DNA from: Nemertoderma westbladi
Lineage: Eukaryota; Animalia; Xenacoelomorpha
Direction of reading: 5' to 3'
Length of the DNA: 64,000 bases
Assembly (NCBI GenBank): GCA_032718475.1
Contig: JAUCBJ010006218.1
Coordinates: 126,836-190,835 of the forward strand
Made by a program: the position numbers and the translations under genes. Under the pieces are notes generated by a model, which made no database searches, was not told where the DNA came from, and saw only the letters and a list, made by a program, of their open reading frames with translations. Below, piece by piece: positions 21,718 through 33,200 of this stretch (position 1 is the first letter of the stretch; each line of letters opens with the position of its first letter).

Positions 21718-22573
21718 TTGAATTTATACGTTTAAAGTGTAATGTAATAGATGTTGTCCCGTATTCAAAATTCAAATCTTTTCCTTCTTTGTCTGTTATT
21801 TCAATATGAATGTATGTTATCTTATATGATTTTTTTACAGGGATATAATGAATTGTATCTTTGACAAATTCTTTATTTATTACGCTACCATATTTCACAT
21901 CATCAGGTATCGCAACACGACGAAGTAAAGCTAAACCAAAATCGTTAATATATTGATTTTCAATTATATTAGTAGTCACGTACATGTTCGATTTAGGTTC
22001 TGGAATAGAGTTGGGCGGTTGAGGGCATAAAAATACCATCTGGTAAGCCTTTTCTCCATTTCCGATAACCTTTATTAAATAACCCTTTATATTATTTTTC
22101 GTCTTCAAAATAATTTTAAAATTTGGATTTAAATTCGCGCCGAGATTATTTTCAGTAATTCCAAAATAATAGGCTAATTGTTGGCCTATAAATAACTCTC
22201 GCACAGTTTTCCCTAAAATAAATTGCAATCTATTTTGCTGAGTATTTTCAACTATTTGTAATTTATCTTTCAACGCCCCTGTGTTAAAATAATCTATAAT
22301 GTCATTGATACTGTAGAATAAACCAGATGGAAGTGTATCCTCAAAAATTTTTTTCCCTTTTTTTAATAAAATAACATTCTCTACATTGTTATACATGGAC
22401 GGCAATGTTGCTAAGTAAAATATACTTTTTATACCTACCACCCAGTTTTCGTTTGGATTTATAGGTAAGGCACCGTGGAAATTTATCTGATAATTACTAG
22501 CGCTATTGCGGGGAAAATCAATTGGACAGGAATTACTTGGTAGTCTAACGTAGAACTCATCCATCACCGCCAC
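21707..22573 (-). CDS. Minor capsid protein (penton, single jelly roll), copy 2
   Basis: FYVRLPSNS...FP.NSASNY...WVVGIKSI...MYVTTNII...LLRRV...HYIPV...I.ITDKEG...F..G...ITLHFK. Confidence 0.88.
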   Translation of the reverse strand: MAVMDEFYVRLPSNSCPIDFPRNSASNYQINFHGALPINPNENWVVGIKSIFYLATLPSMYNNVENVILLKKGKKIFEDTLPSGLFYSINDIIDYFNTGALKDKLQIVENTQQNRLQFILGKTVRELFIGQQLAYYFGITENNLGANLNPNFKIILKTKNNIKGYLIKVIGNGEKAYQMVFLCPQPPNSIPEPKSNMYVTTNIIENQYINDFGLALLRRVAIPDDVKYGSVINKEFVKDTIHYIPVKKSYKITYIHIEITDKEGKDLNFEYGTTSITLHFKRINSNGF

Positions 22574-23429
22574 CCCGTATTAACTTAAGTGTTATAACAG
22601 TGCGACCTCCGCTGAAGTTAATTAATTGGCCTTGGCCGTCACGTAAAGTAATTAAGATTGTTTTTAGTTTTTTATTCAACAATGGGAAATAGCAAATGCT
22701 CTCGTATTCGTGATTAATATATTTTCGATTTAATTGCGTTAAAGGGCAGGTTCTTAAGAGCGGAGCTAAAGCGTCGCCAACAAATGAGCTCTTAATAATA
22801 TCTGTGTATATGAAAATTGTATCTTTATTACGTGTTATATTTGTGGGAGCTGGAAAATCTAAAATGCCAATTTCCGAAATTTTTGATCCACTATAATTTA
22901 AAATTAATATCGGTTGTTCTATATTGCTTAATTCATCTACTGTAGTGGTACTGTATATATCCCAATTTGGAATATCCGGATGATTCCGATCCAATAACGG
23001 TTTTAAGCCTAGAATTTGTATTAAATCGCCGCGTAGACTTAATTGTATTTTTTTCAACTTTTTAGGAAATTTAAATTTAATTCTAGAATTATTTGTATTA
23101 AAAATGAATTCGAAATCTCTATATTTCGCTTCAGAATTAAACAGTTTATTTATATCATCAATAATCACTTGAATAGAGTTATGCATACCAGGAAATAAAC
23201 TATATAATTTGGCATCTTTTGCATCTACCCCGATTGACAGCGAAATTTGAGTTTGCAGCGTAATATTACTGTATGTTGCTTGGTATTGAAGTTCGGCAAG
23301 TCCAATTTTGGCATTTGGACCAATATATAATTCTTCGGCTAAATCAACAGTAAACTCACTAGGATTATTATTGGGATAAGTGTTCAATGAGCTATCTGAA
23401 AGTAGAGTGATATATGTATCTGTGGCCAT
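22557..23429 (-). CDS. Minor capsid protein (penton, single jelly roll), copy 1
   Basis: YITLLSDSSL..YPNN.PSEF...IGLAELQY...IFIYTDII...VGD..APLLR...YFPL...LRDGQG..INF..G.TVITL. Confidence 0.9.
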   Translation of the reverse strand: MATDTYITLLSDSSLNTYPNNNPSEFTVDLAEELYIGPNAKIGLAELQYQATYSNITLQTQISLSIGVDAKDAKLYSLFPGMHNSIQVIIDDINKLFNSEAKYRDFEFIFNTNNSRIKFKFPKKLKKIQLSLRGDLIQILGLKPLLDRNHPDIPNWDIYSTTTVDELSNIEQPILILNYSGSKISEIGILDFPAPTNITRNKDTIFIYTDIIKSSFVGDALAPLLRTCPLTQLNRKYINHEYESICYFPLLNKKLKTILITLRDGQGQLINFSGGRTVITLKLIRGGGDG

Positions 23430-23678
23430 TATTATTATTATTTAAGCTCGCTCTCTCTACTTGACTCCTTTGTACATACAGTATAATGTTAAATTATAGA
23501 CATCTGTGACCACGTTCATTGCCAGCATCTTCTACAGTATATGCGTGGGATCAATATTTTACTGGCTTTATTTAAAGCGGATGAACTATAGATATAGTAA
23601 TATCATTCAAGTTAATATTATTGATTAATTACGGTCATATGCGACCAAAATGAATTAATATATAGTATAAACCTAAGC

Positions 23679-24770
23679 TTATTGAATATGCTGTACCCAG
23701 GACTGTTTCTTGGATCCGATGAATCGGACTAAATATTCTTTCTTCCCATTGCGTACACATTCTTTAAGTTTGCCAATATTTTTTTTGTCAATTGCTAGAT
23801 AAATATTACTATTCGGGTGGACCTTTTGGAGTTCGTGAGAATAAAATGAGCCCTTTATTATAGCTCCGGTGCTGTCCTTAATATCGAACATTACCGCTGG
23901 TACTCTATCCAACCTGACCCGATGAATAATAAATAATTCACGTGTCCATTGTTCTCGATAGCCTTTAGCAAAAGCAGTACGAGCAATAGATAATCGTACT
24001 ATATCTCCAACTTTAAATTTTATTTTCTTGTGATTTATCTGTCTATATTTCCCATATAATCTATTCATTAATTCAGTTTCATTAAATTTATTAACTTCAA
24101 TAGGTGTCATTTGTATTGTTCTATGATACGACCTATTATAAGCCGAGATAAGCGTAGGTAAAATTTTTATCCAAATATTATTTCCCCTTTGCGTGAAAAT
24201 TTTGAACATCTTTGTTTTTAAGGTTCTGTTAAATCTCTCGACAATAGCCGCCTTATTCACAGAATACATTACGTAATACTGTATACCTAACGTATCTAAA
24301 TATTTCCTTACAGATTTATTTAGAAACTCAGAACCTTGATCCGTGGCGATTCTGTTTGGTTTTCCTTTCTGGAATATTTTTTGCAATATACTAATAATTT
24401 CAACACCCTTTTTTGTTTTCATAGCATAGCCAAAAGCAAGCCGACTGAAGGCATCAATGCACGTTAATATATAGTTATAATTATTATTTTGCGATTTATA
24501 TTGCTGCATATCCACCAGATCTATCATATATATATCTTTTATGCCTCCCGTAAATATTTTAGATGTTGGATAATGTTGTCTACGTGGAGCGTGAAGGGTG
24601 TATGTCTTTTGTCCGCTCAACCATTTCTGGGCTTGCGCTGGTTTGATGTTTGCAGCTTTTGCTAATTTTGCAACACTTGCAAATCCCGCGGGGGATGAAG
24701 GATCTAAATAAATTCTTAACAGTTTTTTGTCTAAGCTTCGGCTTAAAATCGGTTTTATCTTGCGAGGCAT
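23679..24770 (-). CDS. int: Retroviral-like (rve) integrase with partial C-terminal chromodomain
   Basis: DDE motifs IDLVDM / TDQGSEF / VERFNRTLK; YNRSYHRTIQMTP; FKVGDIVR..F.KGY...WT.ELF; KKEYLVRFIG..SWV. Confidence 0.96.
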   Translation of the reverse strand: MPRKIKPILSRSLDKKLLRIYLDPSSPAGFASVAKLAKAANIKPAQAQKWLSGQKTYTLHAPRRQHYPTSKIFTGGIKDIYMIDLVDMQQYKSQNNNYNYILTCIDAFSRLAFGYAMKTKKGVEIISILQKIFQKGKPNRIATDQGSEFLNKSVRKYLDTLGIQYYVMYSVNKAAIVERFNRTLKTKMFKIFTQRGNNIWIKILPTLISAYNRSYHRTIQMTPIEVNKFNETELMNRLYGKYRQINHKKIKFKVGDIVRLSIARTAFAKGYREQWTRELFIIHRVRLDRVPAVMFDIKDSTGAIIKGSFYSHELQKVHPNSNIYLAIDKKNIGKLKECVRNGKKEYLVRFIGSKKQSWVQHIQ

Positions 24771-24821
24771 CTTTTCGACAACCGCAAGTAATATGTATAT
24801 TCAAATCTCTTATAAAGGGCA

Positions 24822-24992
24822 TCACCGTAAGAACAACTGAAATTTTTTAATTATTTTCTTCGAAGTTGATGTTTTAAAGGGTTTTCTTTTTGTAGTATTT
24901 ACTCTAGGTATATCTTGTGGTTTTAAATCAGCAGCTAACGGTTTACTCGATACTAAATATAATTTTCTAAATGTTACTCCCGTTTTAACCAT
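24822..24992 (-). CDS. Small basic ORF (56 aa, MVKTGVTFRKLYLVS...), below the ORF-track cutoff
   Basis: Manual translation; ATG in TAATAATG context directly after the upstream stop; fills the gap before the integrase. Confidence 0.4.
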   Translation of the reverse strand: MVKTGVTFRKLYLVSSKPLAADLKPQDIPRVNTTKRKPFKTSTSKKIIKKFQLFLR

Positions 24993-24994
24993 TA

Positions 24995-25378
24995 TTACCG
25001 TCCACAGTTAATTTTTTTCGCAATAGCAGCCCCCGCGGCAGCGGCACCGGCACTCGCGGCGAGTTTCGCACCAATGCCGAGTAAGGGTATTAGAAACGGT
25101 AGTATGCCTCCAGATTGATTGCTTAACTTTTTTCTGTAACTTGATATATTTTTTGTTTTACGGTTGAGTGATTTCAATACCTTCTTATAGCGGCGAATAT
25201 TTCTAAATGAATGAGGGGTCAATTGTACATTACCTTTTAGAACATTTAATGCAGTATTTACAATGAGCCGTATTAATTCGTTACTGGCGGTATGGTTAAT
25301 AAAATAAGTTCTTTGTTGAGGGGTAGCGCTGCGTAGAAATTCCAGTTCGTTACGATATTTCTGCACAAGTCTATTCAT
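24995..25378 (-). CDS. Conserved small Polinton virion protein with QSGG cleavage-like site and hydrophobic tail
   Basis: ALNVLKGNVQL...YKKVLKSL...NQSGGILPFLIPLLG is a recurrent Polinton ORF pattern. Confidence 0.75.
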   Translation of the reverse strand: MNRLVQKYRNELEFLRSATPQQRTYFINHTASNELIRLIVNTALNVLKGNVQLTPHSFRNIRRYKKVLKSLNRKTKNISSYRKKLSNQSGGILPFLIPLLGIGAKLAASAGAAAAGAAIAKKINCGR

Positions 25379-25415
25379 TGTTGCAACATTATTGAAAATT
25401 GTTACAAAATATTAA

Positions 25416-26096
25416 TTATTTATCATTATTATTATTATTATTTTCGCTACGTTTATAGTCAGTGTAATTTTTAATGTAACAATTATGATTACGAAATATA
25501 TCAGATCTAAATCTTAAATGTTCGGGTGTTTCCTGTCGTAAATCAATTAAGAAATGTGAAAATGGTTGAATTGTCGCATCTTGATAGGAATCAACTAAAA
25601 ATTTGGTCTGCCCTGGTAACATCTGCTTCGCGAAATTTAAAACCGATAGACTGTCTCTCGGATTTTTCATTAATACTAAAGTATGGCTATTAATTGATCT
25701 TGTGTGGTTATGCTTCCCACCGTAAAACATGTTTTGCGTTATAAAACAAATAAATATATTGGAATGATGAGCTACCTTAGTAAACAATACAGTTAAAGCT
25801 GTACTGGACTCAGTTTCTGTTAACAAATCATCTATAATTAATAAATCTCGACTATTCACTAAACTATCTATATTTTCAGGCAAGCCTTTGTAAAGGTGAG
25901 TAATACCAGGAATAGTCGGGGGATTGCTCCCGTAACAATACAATACTCGCAAGGGGGCTTCGTTGAAACAACCATTCTTGTGTTTAATTAAATTGCTTAC
26001 AAAGGTTGACTTTCCGGAACCAGATGGCCCTGAAATTATCATACTTGTGCCCATTTGAAAGTTTAAATTATATGGACCTGAATTAAAGTCAGCCAT
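25416..26096 (-). CDS. A32/FtsK-like genome packaging ATPase
   Basis: Walker A GPSGSGKS, Walker B LLIIDD, FITQN, KNPRD. Confidence 0.95.
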   Translation of the reverse strand: MADFNSGPYNLNFQMGTSMIISGPSGSGKSTFVSNLIKHKNGCFNEAPLRVLYCYGSNPPTIPGITHLYKGLPENIDSLVNSRDLLIIDDLLTETESSTALTVLFTKVAHHSNIFICFITQNMFYGGKHNHTRSINSHTLVLMKNPRDSLSVLNFAKQMLPGQTKFLVDSYQDATIQPFSHFLIDLRQETPEHLRFRSDIFRNHNCYIKNYTDYKRSENNNNNNDK

Positions 26097-26418
26097 TTAT
26101 TATTATTATTAAGATATATCAACAATACAATATAATATAATATCAATATCAATATCAATAAACCAACACCATTACTATGTATATAACAATAATTGATGCA
26201 ACTACAATATTAGAGTACTGTATATTTAATTAACATATGACGCCACTACAGTATGTGACGCTCGCTGCAGCAAAAGGTGCTATTTCCAATTATAGTATAG
26301 ACTGATGTAATTTCAAGCATGGTGAGCATCTTTATACGCGAAATAATGATAGGTAACATCGGCGGTTTGGAAATCACTTCCCGAAAATTTCGCGCTAATG
26401 ATTTTTTTATGTTCGCTG

Positions 26419-26766
26419 CTAAAAAAAATAAGGAATATAGTAGCAACAGCGTCGTACTACGTTTCTATAAAAAATATTCTCCAATATTGTAAATAAATCT
26501 CCCGGATCATTACTTTTCGCAGAAATATAAGTTATATTGCGAAGCTCTTTCCAATAATAGGGTTGGTATCTTGCCAACTTTATATTAAACTTAGATATGG
26601 ATGCGCGACAAATAGGACAAATTTTAGAACAATAATTATTCATTTCGGAATATTGTACAATACATTGTACGCAAGTTGCATGTTTATTTTCACATTTATA
26701 ATAATCTCGATGTTGTTGCAATAACTTAGAATAGCAAACTGGACATTTTTCATTTAAAATATCCAT
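26419..26766 (-). CDS. RING-finger (C3HC4) protein, putative E3 ligase
   Basis: CPVC...CENKHATCVQC...CPICR; TATATAAA upstream on the minus strand (~26895). Confidence 0.8.
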   Translation of the reverse strand: MDILNEKCPVCYSKLLQQHRDYYKCENKHATCVQCIVQYSEMNNYCSKICPICRASISKFNIKLARYQPYYWKELRNITYISAKSNDPGDLFTILENIFYRNVVRRCCYYIPYFF

Positions 26767-26931
26767 TTTCCAAATTTTAAAGTAAATTGAAAATAATTAC
26801 CACAATACACAACAACAACAACAAACAAAACTGTTATACTGTATATACAAATACTACTACAATTTTCGATTATTTAAAAACAACAAAATTTTATATATAA
26901 TCATAAAATATTTATAATATAGGGGGAAAAG

Positions 26932-27375
26932 TCAAGAATCAATGATATTATCAACATATTCAACATTATCCGCTGATTCTTCAGGTTCGACAAAGGATTC
27001 TTTTGAAATCATTACAATAAAGAAAGACATAATTTCGTAGGGGCTATGCCGATTTAGCCGTATTTCAAACTTTTCACCAGCTTCGTTGTATTGTGTAATA
27101 ACAATAAATCTCTCTATCATGGATAATAGTAAGATGTTGGTTAATTTTCCCACATGCTCAGCTTTCAGGTTGTAATCTAAAAGATGAATACTATTATCAG
27201 AAGCATCAATATCAATTGAGCTTAAAACTTTCCTGGCTTTTTCAGAAAATTCAATTTTATATTTATCATCTCCCTGACGGTAAATTGTATAATCAATAAC
27301 AATATAGGCTTGACCATCTTCTGCAAAAAATGAATGCCTTACTATTGGCATAACCATATTGGAATCAGAAGACAT
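26932..27375 (-). CDS. Hypothetical acidic Polinton protein, 147 aa
   Basis: Intact ORF with TATATAA ~100 nt upstream; no recognised motif. Confidence 0.6.
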   Translation of the reverse strand: MSSDSNMVMPIVRHSFFAEDGQAYIVIDYTIYRQGDDKYKIEFSEKARKVLSSIDIDASDNSIHLLDYNLKAEHVGKLTNILLLSMIERFIVITQYNEAGEKFEIRLNRHSPYEIMSFFIVMISKESFVEPEESADNVEYVDNIIDS

Positions 27376-27790
27376 TATTTAATTTATTTTATTGTAAATC
27401 AAACAAACAAAGTAAAAACTTTTAAACTAAAACCATTACAAATGATTAATTGCGATTAAAGCAAGAGATTATATATAAGATATTTTCAAAAATAATACAG
27501 GTCTTAAACTGAGAAATAGCCTAAATTCGGTTTATTGATTGGTTGATTAGCTGGTAGGGAACTACTGTATAAACAAAAAAAATTATTGCGTAATAATAAT
27601 CACTAATACTCGTATACGCGTAGCTGGAACGTGACGGAATCTCATGTATCATACTGGTTGGTTTGTTGATTTGGCGACAGCAGTCGTGGAGTTGGCAATC
27701 AATATAATATAATATATGCATGATGCGTGTAGTTGGTGGCCACGTTGTCAGCATATACAGTATACAGTGGTTGGTTGCGTGGATAGGAAA

Positions 27791-28285
27791 TAACTATGGA
27801 AATATTCGTATACGTGTAGCTGGAACGTGGCGGAATTTCAACACGTATCATAATAGCGTTGGACTACTGGTAGGCGGCTTGGTTGGTTGGATTGATTGGT
27901 TTGGCGACAGCCGTCGAGGAGTAGCCGTGGCTAGCGGTGGTGGTGAGTTGGCAATCGATATATAATATAATAGCGTAGTGGGGGCTAGCCATGCATCGTG
28001 AAGTTAGGTTACGCGAAGATGAATATGCGATGGTTGGTTGATGCAACAACGCGAATCAATACTCACGGGTGGTAACAGTTGTCGAGTAAGGCAGGCATCG
28101 CGAGGTTAGGCTACGCGTAGGTGATAAGCAACGATTGGTTGAAGGCAACGACGCGAATCAATATTGATGGTGACAGATTGTCATTAAACATCGCGATTTA
28201 GCACCTTTTTAATAGCCCTCCGAGATGCAGCCCGTAGCCTAGGCTTAGGGAGGTGTACGCTCCGGACTATGTTTCTCCTACTACT
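27791..28285 (-). repeat. Polinton right terminal inverted repeat
   Basis: Reverse complement of 2404-2901; ends CTACTACT followed by the TSD. Confidence 0.97.
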
Positions 28286-28291
28286 GGTGGC

Positions 28292-29010
28292 TTAGCCTTC
28301 TGCCAATCACCGTCCGCAGTGACATCCGACCACATTTGGGGCGATTCTTCATCTGCTAAGCTGCTTTTGATTGTTTCTAGTTTGTATTCAGTGTCACTGA
28401 TTTTTACTTAATTCGCAGTACAGGAGAGTTCGAGTTGCTCGACTTTTTGTTCCAGCGATAATATCTCGCCAGCAGTCGTTTTCTCTAGGCGCGATAGCTT
28501 GTCTTCAAGTTTCGTTTCTATATCGTGTAGTTCCTTGGTGAACCTGGTAAAGTGGTGTGCCGCGCAACTTCCACAGTAGAAATCTAAGCGGGCCCATTGA
28601 GTTCCCGATTTAGCGATACATATAACCAATACGGTACAGTTTGAGCCCGAGCAACCAACTGTGAACTCTTTCCGACCAACGGTGCGGGTATTTCCGGTAC
28701 TGGAATCACCCGAGTTCTGTTTTCCTCCCGAGACGCTCAGCCATGAGGTTCCACCTCTTGAACCCGAACCCAACATACCACTACCGCGTCTGGATTTATC
28801 CGGTAAACCATCCGGTAATGAATTATTACGATTTGAAGTCATCCTGGCAGCTTTGCAGACTGGCTGTGGGCTGGTAGGGATCACTTCTGACTTCAGTACA
28901 CGCCGGTTCGTTCTACGCGTGATCTTTCTTTCTGTCTTTGGGAGACGATTAGTTGGTGGAGGGGGCAATGGCTTGAAGGGCAACCCAGCAAAAGACCGGC
29001 GCCAACTCAA
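28292..29010 (-). pseudogene. LINE ORF1 N-terminal half (PHD-like finger + coiled coil) and 5' region
   Basis: CSGSNC...FYCGSC followed by coiled coil. After one stop (28408-28410) the same frame continues to WQKAKP and joins PRRNKRN across the TSD. 5' limit uncertain. Confidence 0.75.
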
Positions 29011-29204
29011 TGTACGTGTGTACGGTACGGTTAAAATAAAAAGGTAGGCCTATTCTTCCGCCTATCCATGGCCTACAGCCCTGCTGCCGACTGTAGGGGT
29101 CCTTTTGTTACACCCTGAACCAAGTGTGCCTCCTGGGTTAGGTTACCTAACACTGGTAGAGGAGCATCCAGTATAGACAGGGCGGGGCGTGTATCATCTC
29201 TAAT

Positions 29205-30140
29205 GCTACTACTACTACTACTAGGATCGGCATGCTGCATTGCAGCTGCATTTTTAAGAATGCTGTGCCGGCTTGTCAACAAAATTGCACCGCCACAACT
29301 CCCTATCACCCATGACATTTGCTAGATCATCCGCATCTTTAAGGCCAGTGTCCTTTAAGATGCGTCTCAAGAAAGTCATGGGCTGTCCACCATGCTTATT
29401 CACTCCATGAGGCTGCCAAAGTACAAGATTATGCACTGGCTGGTCCTCACGGCGAAAGCAATGTCCTGCAAAGCGGAGGCGATTTTGTTCTAGTGTCAAG
29501 CTTGGGGGAACCAATGAGACACCTCCAATGTTATATAGTGTCTGGTTGGAGATGTGTGCATTGTACTTGACACAATGAACCCGGCGTAGCATTCTTGTGA
29601 ATGTGCCATCCAGAGATTTGGTGTCCTCAGCAGTTAGAGCCCAGCATGGACTCCCGTAGAGGAGTACTGGAACTACTGCTGCTCTAAATAATCGGACCTT
29701 AAGTTTCCGATTAATTCTCGGTGACTTCCAAATCCTGGAAAGCCTATTCAAGGCTGCCCATGCCTTTCCCTTACGTATTCGAAGGTCCTCACCTGACTTC
29801 CGGATCCATGATCCCAGGTAACAGAAGTCGTCCACATGCTCAAGCATACCATCCTTTGAGCTTATGCTCATCCGATCAGAGACTTGCTGATGACTTTCAA
29901 AGTTAACGGTCAGAATTTTGGTCTTTCTGGAGTTAATAAAAAGACCAACACTAGAAGCAGCATGTTCTAATGAGCTGAGGAGCCGTTGGGCTCCGTCTAA
30001 TGATTCTGAGAGTACTCCTAAGTCATCAGCAAAGTCTAGATCAGTTAGGTACTTGGCAGGATTTCCTCGACTTCTGGAGCCAGTAGGTGGAGTTATCATC
30101 ACCCCATCATCATTATGATGATCTAAGGACATGCGTAATG
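29205..30140 (-). mobile_element. 5'-truncated RTE-clade LINE (RT C-terminal half, ORF 29254-30132) with (TAG)n tail
   Basis: DLDFADDL, GLFINSRKTK, FCYLGS, VLLYGSPCW, RLRFAGHC; short tandem TAG tail at ~29205-29224. Confidence 0.9.
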
Positions 30141-30212
30141 CAGATGCGTATCAAGCCTTTGCCTTCAATGGTGCCCTATGCGCTATAGCCCTCAATGACT
30201 TATTTAGTTGAC

Positions 30213-33200
30213 GGGACTATTTTACTCCAGGATATCAGGCAGTATTGTACATAAGACCTTTTTTGTTTATGTCTATGCGATTTTTACTGTACATAGGACT
30301 ATTTTACTCCAGGATATCAGGCAGTATTGTTCATAAGACCTTTTTTGTTTATGTCTATGCGATTTTTACTGTACATAGGACTATTTTACTCCAGGATATC
30401 AGGCAGTATTGTACATATTATTAAGACCTTTTTTGTTTATGTCTACGCGATTTTTACTGTACATAGGACTATTTTACTCCCGGATATCAGGCAGTATTGT
30501 TCATAAGACCTTTTTTGTTTATGTCTATGCGATTTTTACTGTACATAGGACTATTTTACTCCAGGATATCAGGCAGTATTGTTCATAAGACCTTTTTTGT
30601 TTATGTCTATGCGATTTTTACTGTACATAGGACTATTTCACTCCCGGATATCAGGCAGTATTGTTCATAAGACCTTTTTTGTTTATGTCTATGCGATTTT
30701 TACTGTACATAGGACTATTTCACTCCAGGATATCAGGCAGTATTGTTCATAAGACCTTTTTTGTTTATGTCTATGCGATTTTTACTGTACATAGGACTAT
30801 TTTACTCCAGGATATCAGGCAGTATTGTACATAAGACCTTTTTTGTTTATGTCTACGCGATTTTTACTGTACATAGGACTATTTTACTCCCGGATATCAG
30901 GCAGTATTGTTCATAAGACCTTTTTTGTTTATGTCTATGCGATTTTTACTGTACATAGGACTATTTTACTCCAGGATATCAGGCAGTATTGTTCATAAGA
31001 CCTTTTTTGTTTATGTCTATGCGATTTTTACTGTACATAGGACTATTTCACTCCCGGATATCAGGCAGTATTGTTCATAAGACCTTTTTTGTTTATGTCT
31101 ATGCGATTTTTACTGTACATAGGACTATTTCACTCCAGGATATCAGGCAGTATTGTTCATAAGACCTTTTTTGTTTATGTCTATGCGATTTTTACTGTAC
31201 ATAGGACTATTTCACTCCCGGATATCAGGCAGTATTGTACATAAGACCTTTTTTGTTTATGTCTATGCGATTTTTACTGTACATAGGACTATTTTACTCC
31301 AGGATATCAGGCAGTATTGTTCATAAGACCTTTTTTGTTTATGTCTATGCGATTTTTACTGTACATAGGACTATTTTACTCCAGGATATCAGGCAGTATT
31401 GTTCATAAGACCTTTTTTGTTTATGTCTATGCGATTTTTACTGTACATAGGACTATTTTACTCCAGGATATCAGGCAGTATTGTAAATAAGACCTTTTTT
31501 GTTTATGTCTATGTGATTTTTACTGTACATAGGACTATTTTACTCCAGGATATCAGGCAGTATTGTTCATAAGACCTTTTTTGTTTATGTCTATGCGATT
31601 TTTACTGTACATAGGACTATTTTACTCCAGGATATCAGGCAGTATTGTTCATAAGACCTTTTTTGTTTATGTCTATGCGATTTTTACTGTACATAGGACT
31701 ATTTCACTCCCGGATATCAGGCAGTATTGTTCATAAGACCTTTTTTGTTTATGTCTATGCGATTTTTACTGTACATAGGACTATTTTACTCCAGGATATC
31801 AGGCAGTATTGTACATAAGACCTTTTTTGTTTATGTCTATGCGATTTTTACTGTACATAGGACTATTTCACTCCCGGATATCAGGCAGTATTGTTCATAA
31901 GACCTTTTTTGTTTATGTCTATGCGATTTTTACTGTACATAGGACTATTTTACTCCAGGATATCAGGCAGTATTGTACATAAGACCTTTTTTGTTTATGT
32001 CTATGCGATTTTTACTGTACATAGGACTATTTCACTCCCGGATATCAGGCAGTATTGTTCATAAGACCTTTTTTGTTTATGTCTATGCGATTTTTACTGT
32101 ACATAGGACTATTTCACTCCCGGATATCAGGCAGTATTGTTCATAAGACCTTTTTTTGTTTATGTCTATGCGATTTTTACTGTACATAGGACTATTTCAC
32201 TCCCGGATATCAGGCAGTATTGTTCATAAGACCTTTTTTGTTTATGTCTATGCGATTTTTACTGTACATAGGACTATTTCACTCCCGGATATCAGGCAGT
32301 ATTGTTCATAAGACCTTTTTTTGTTTATGTCTATGCGATTTTTACTGTACATAGGACTATTTCACTCCCGGATATCAGGCAGTATTGTACATAAGACCTT
32401 TTTTGTTTATGTCTATGCGATTTTTACTGTACATAGGACTATTTCACTCCCGGATATCAGGCAGTATTGTTCATAAGACCTTTTTTGTTTATGTCTATGC
32501 GATTTTTACTGTACATAGGACTATTTCACTCCCGGATATCAGGCAGTATTGTTCATAAGACCTTTTTTTGTTTATGTCTATGCGATTTTTACTGTACATA
32601 GGACTATTTCACTCCCGGATATCAGGCAGTATTGTTCATAAGACCTTTTTTGTTTATGTCTATGCGATTTTTACTGTACATAGGACTATTTAACTCCAGG
32701 ATATCAGGCAGTATTGTAAATAAGACCTTTTTTGTTTATGTCTATGCGATTTTTACTGTACATAGGACTATTTTACTCCAGGATATCAGGCAGTATTGTT
32801 CATAAGACCTTTTTTGTTTATGTCTATGCGATTTTTACTGTACATAGGACTATTTTACTCCAGGATATCAGGCAGTATTGTTCATAAGACCTTTTTTGTT
32901 TATGTCTATGCGATTTTTACTGTACATAGGACTATTTAACTCCAGGATATCAGGCAGTATTGTAAATAAGACCTTTTTTGTTTATGTCTATGCGATTTTT
33001 ACTGTACATAGGACTATTTTACTCCAGGATATCAGGCAGTATTGTTCATAAGACCTTTTTTGTTTATGTCTATGCGATTTTTACTGTACATAGGACTATT
33101 TAACTCCAGGATATCAGGCAGTATTGTAAATAAGACCTTTTTTGTTTATGTCTATGCGATTTTTACTGTACATAGGACTATTTTACTCCAGGATATCAGG

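Larger units (their letters stand above)
2404..28285. mobile_element. Polinton/Maverick (endogenous polintovirus), full length, 25.9 kb including a 7.1-kb nested LTR element
   Basis: Termini 5'-AGTAGTAGGAGAAAC...GTTTCTCCTACTACT-3'; 6-bp TSD GGTGGC at 2398-2403 and 28286-28291; full set of hallmark genes. Confidence 0.98.

Noticed and set aside
29201-30141. TAATGC as target-site duplication of the RTE fragment
   Set aside because: The right copy overlaps plausible RT-coding sequence (ALRMSLD), so it cannot be distinguished from chance.
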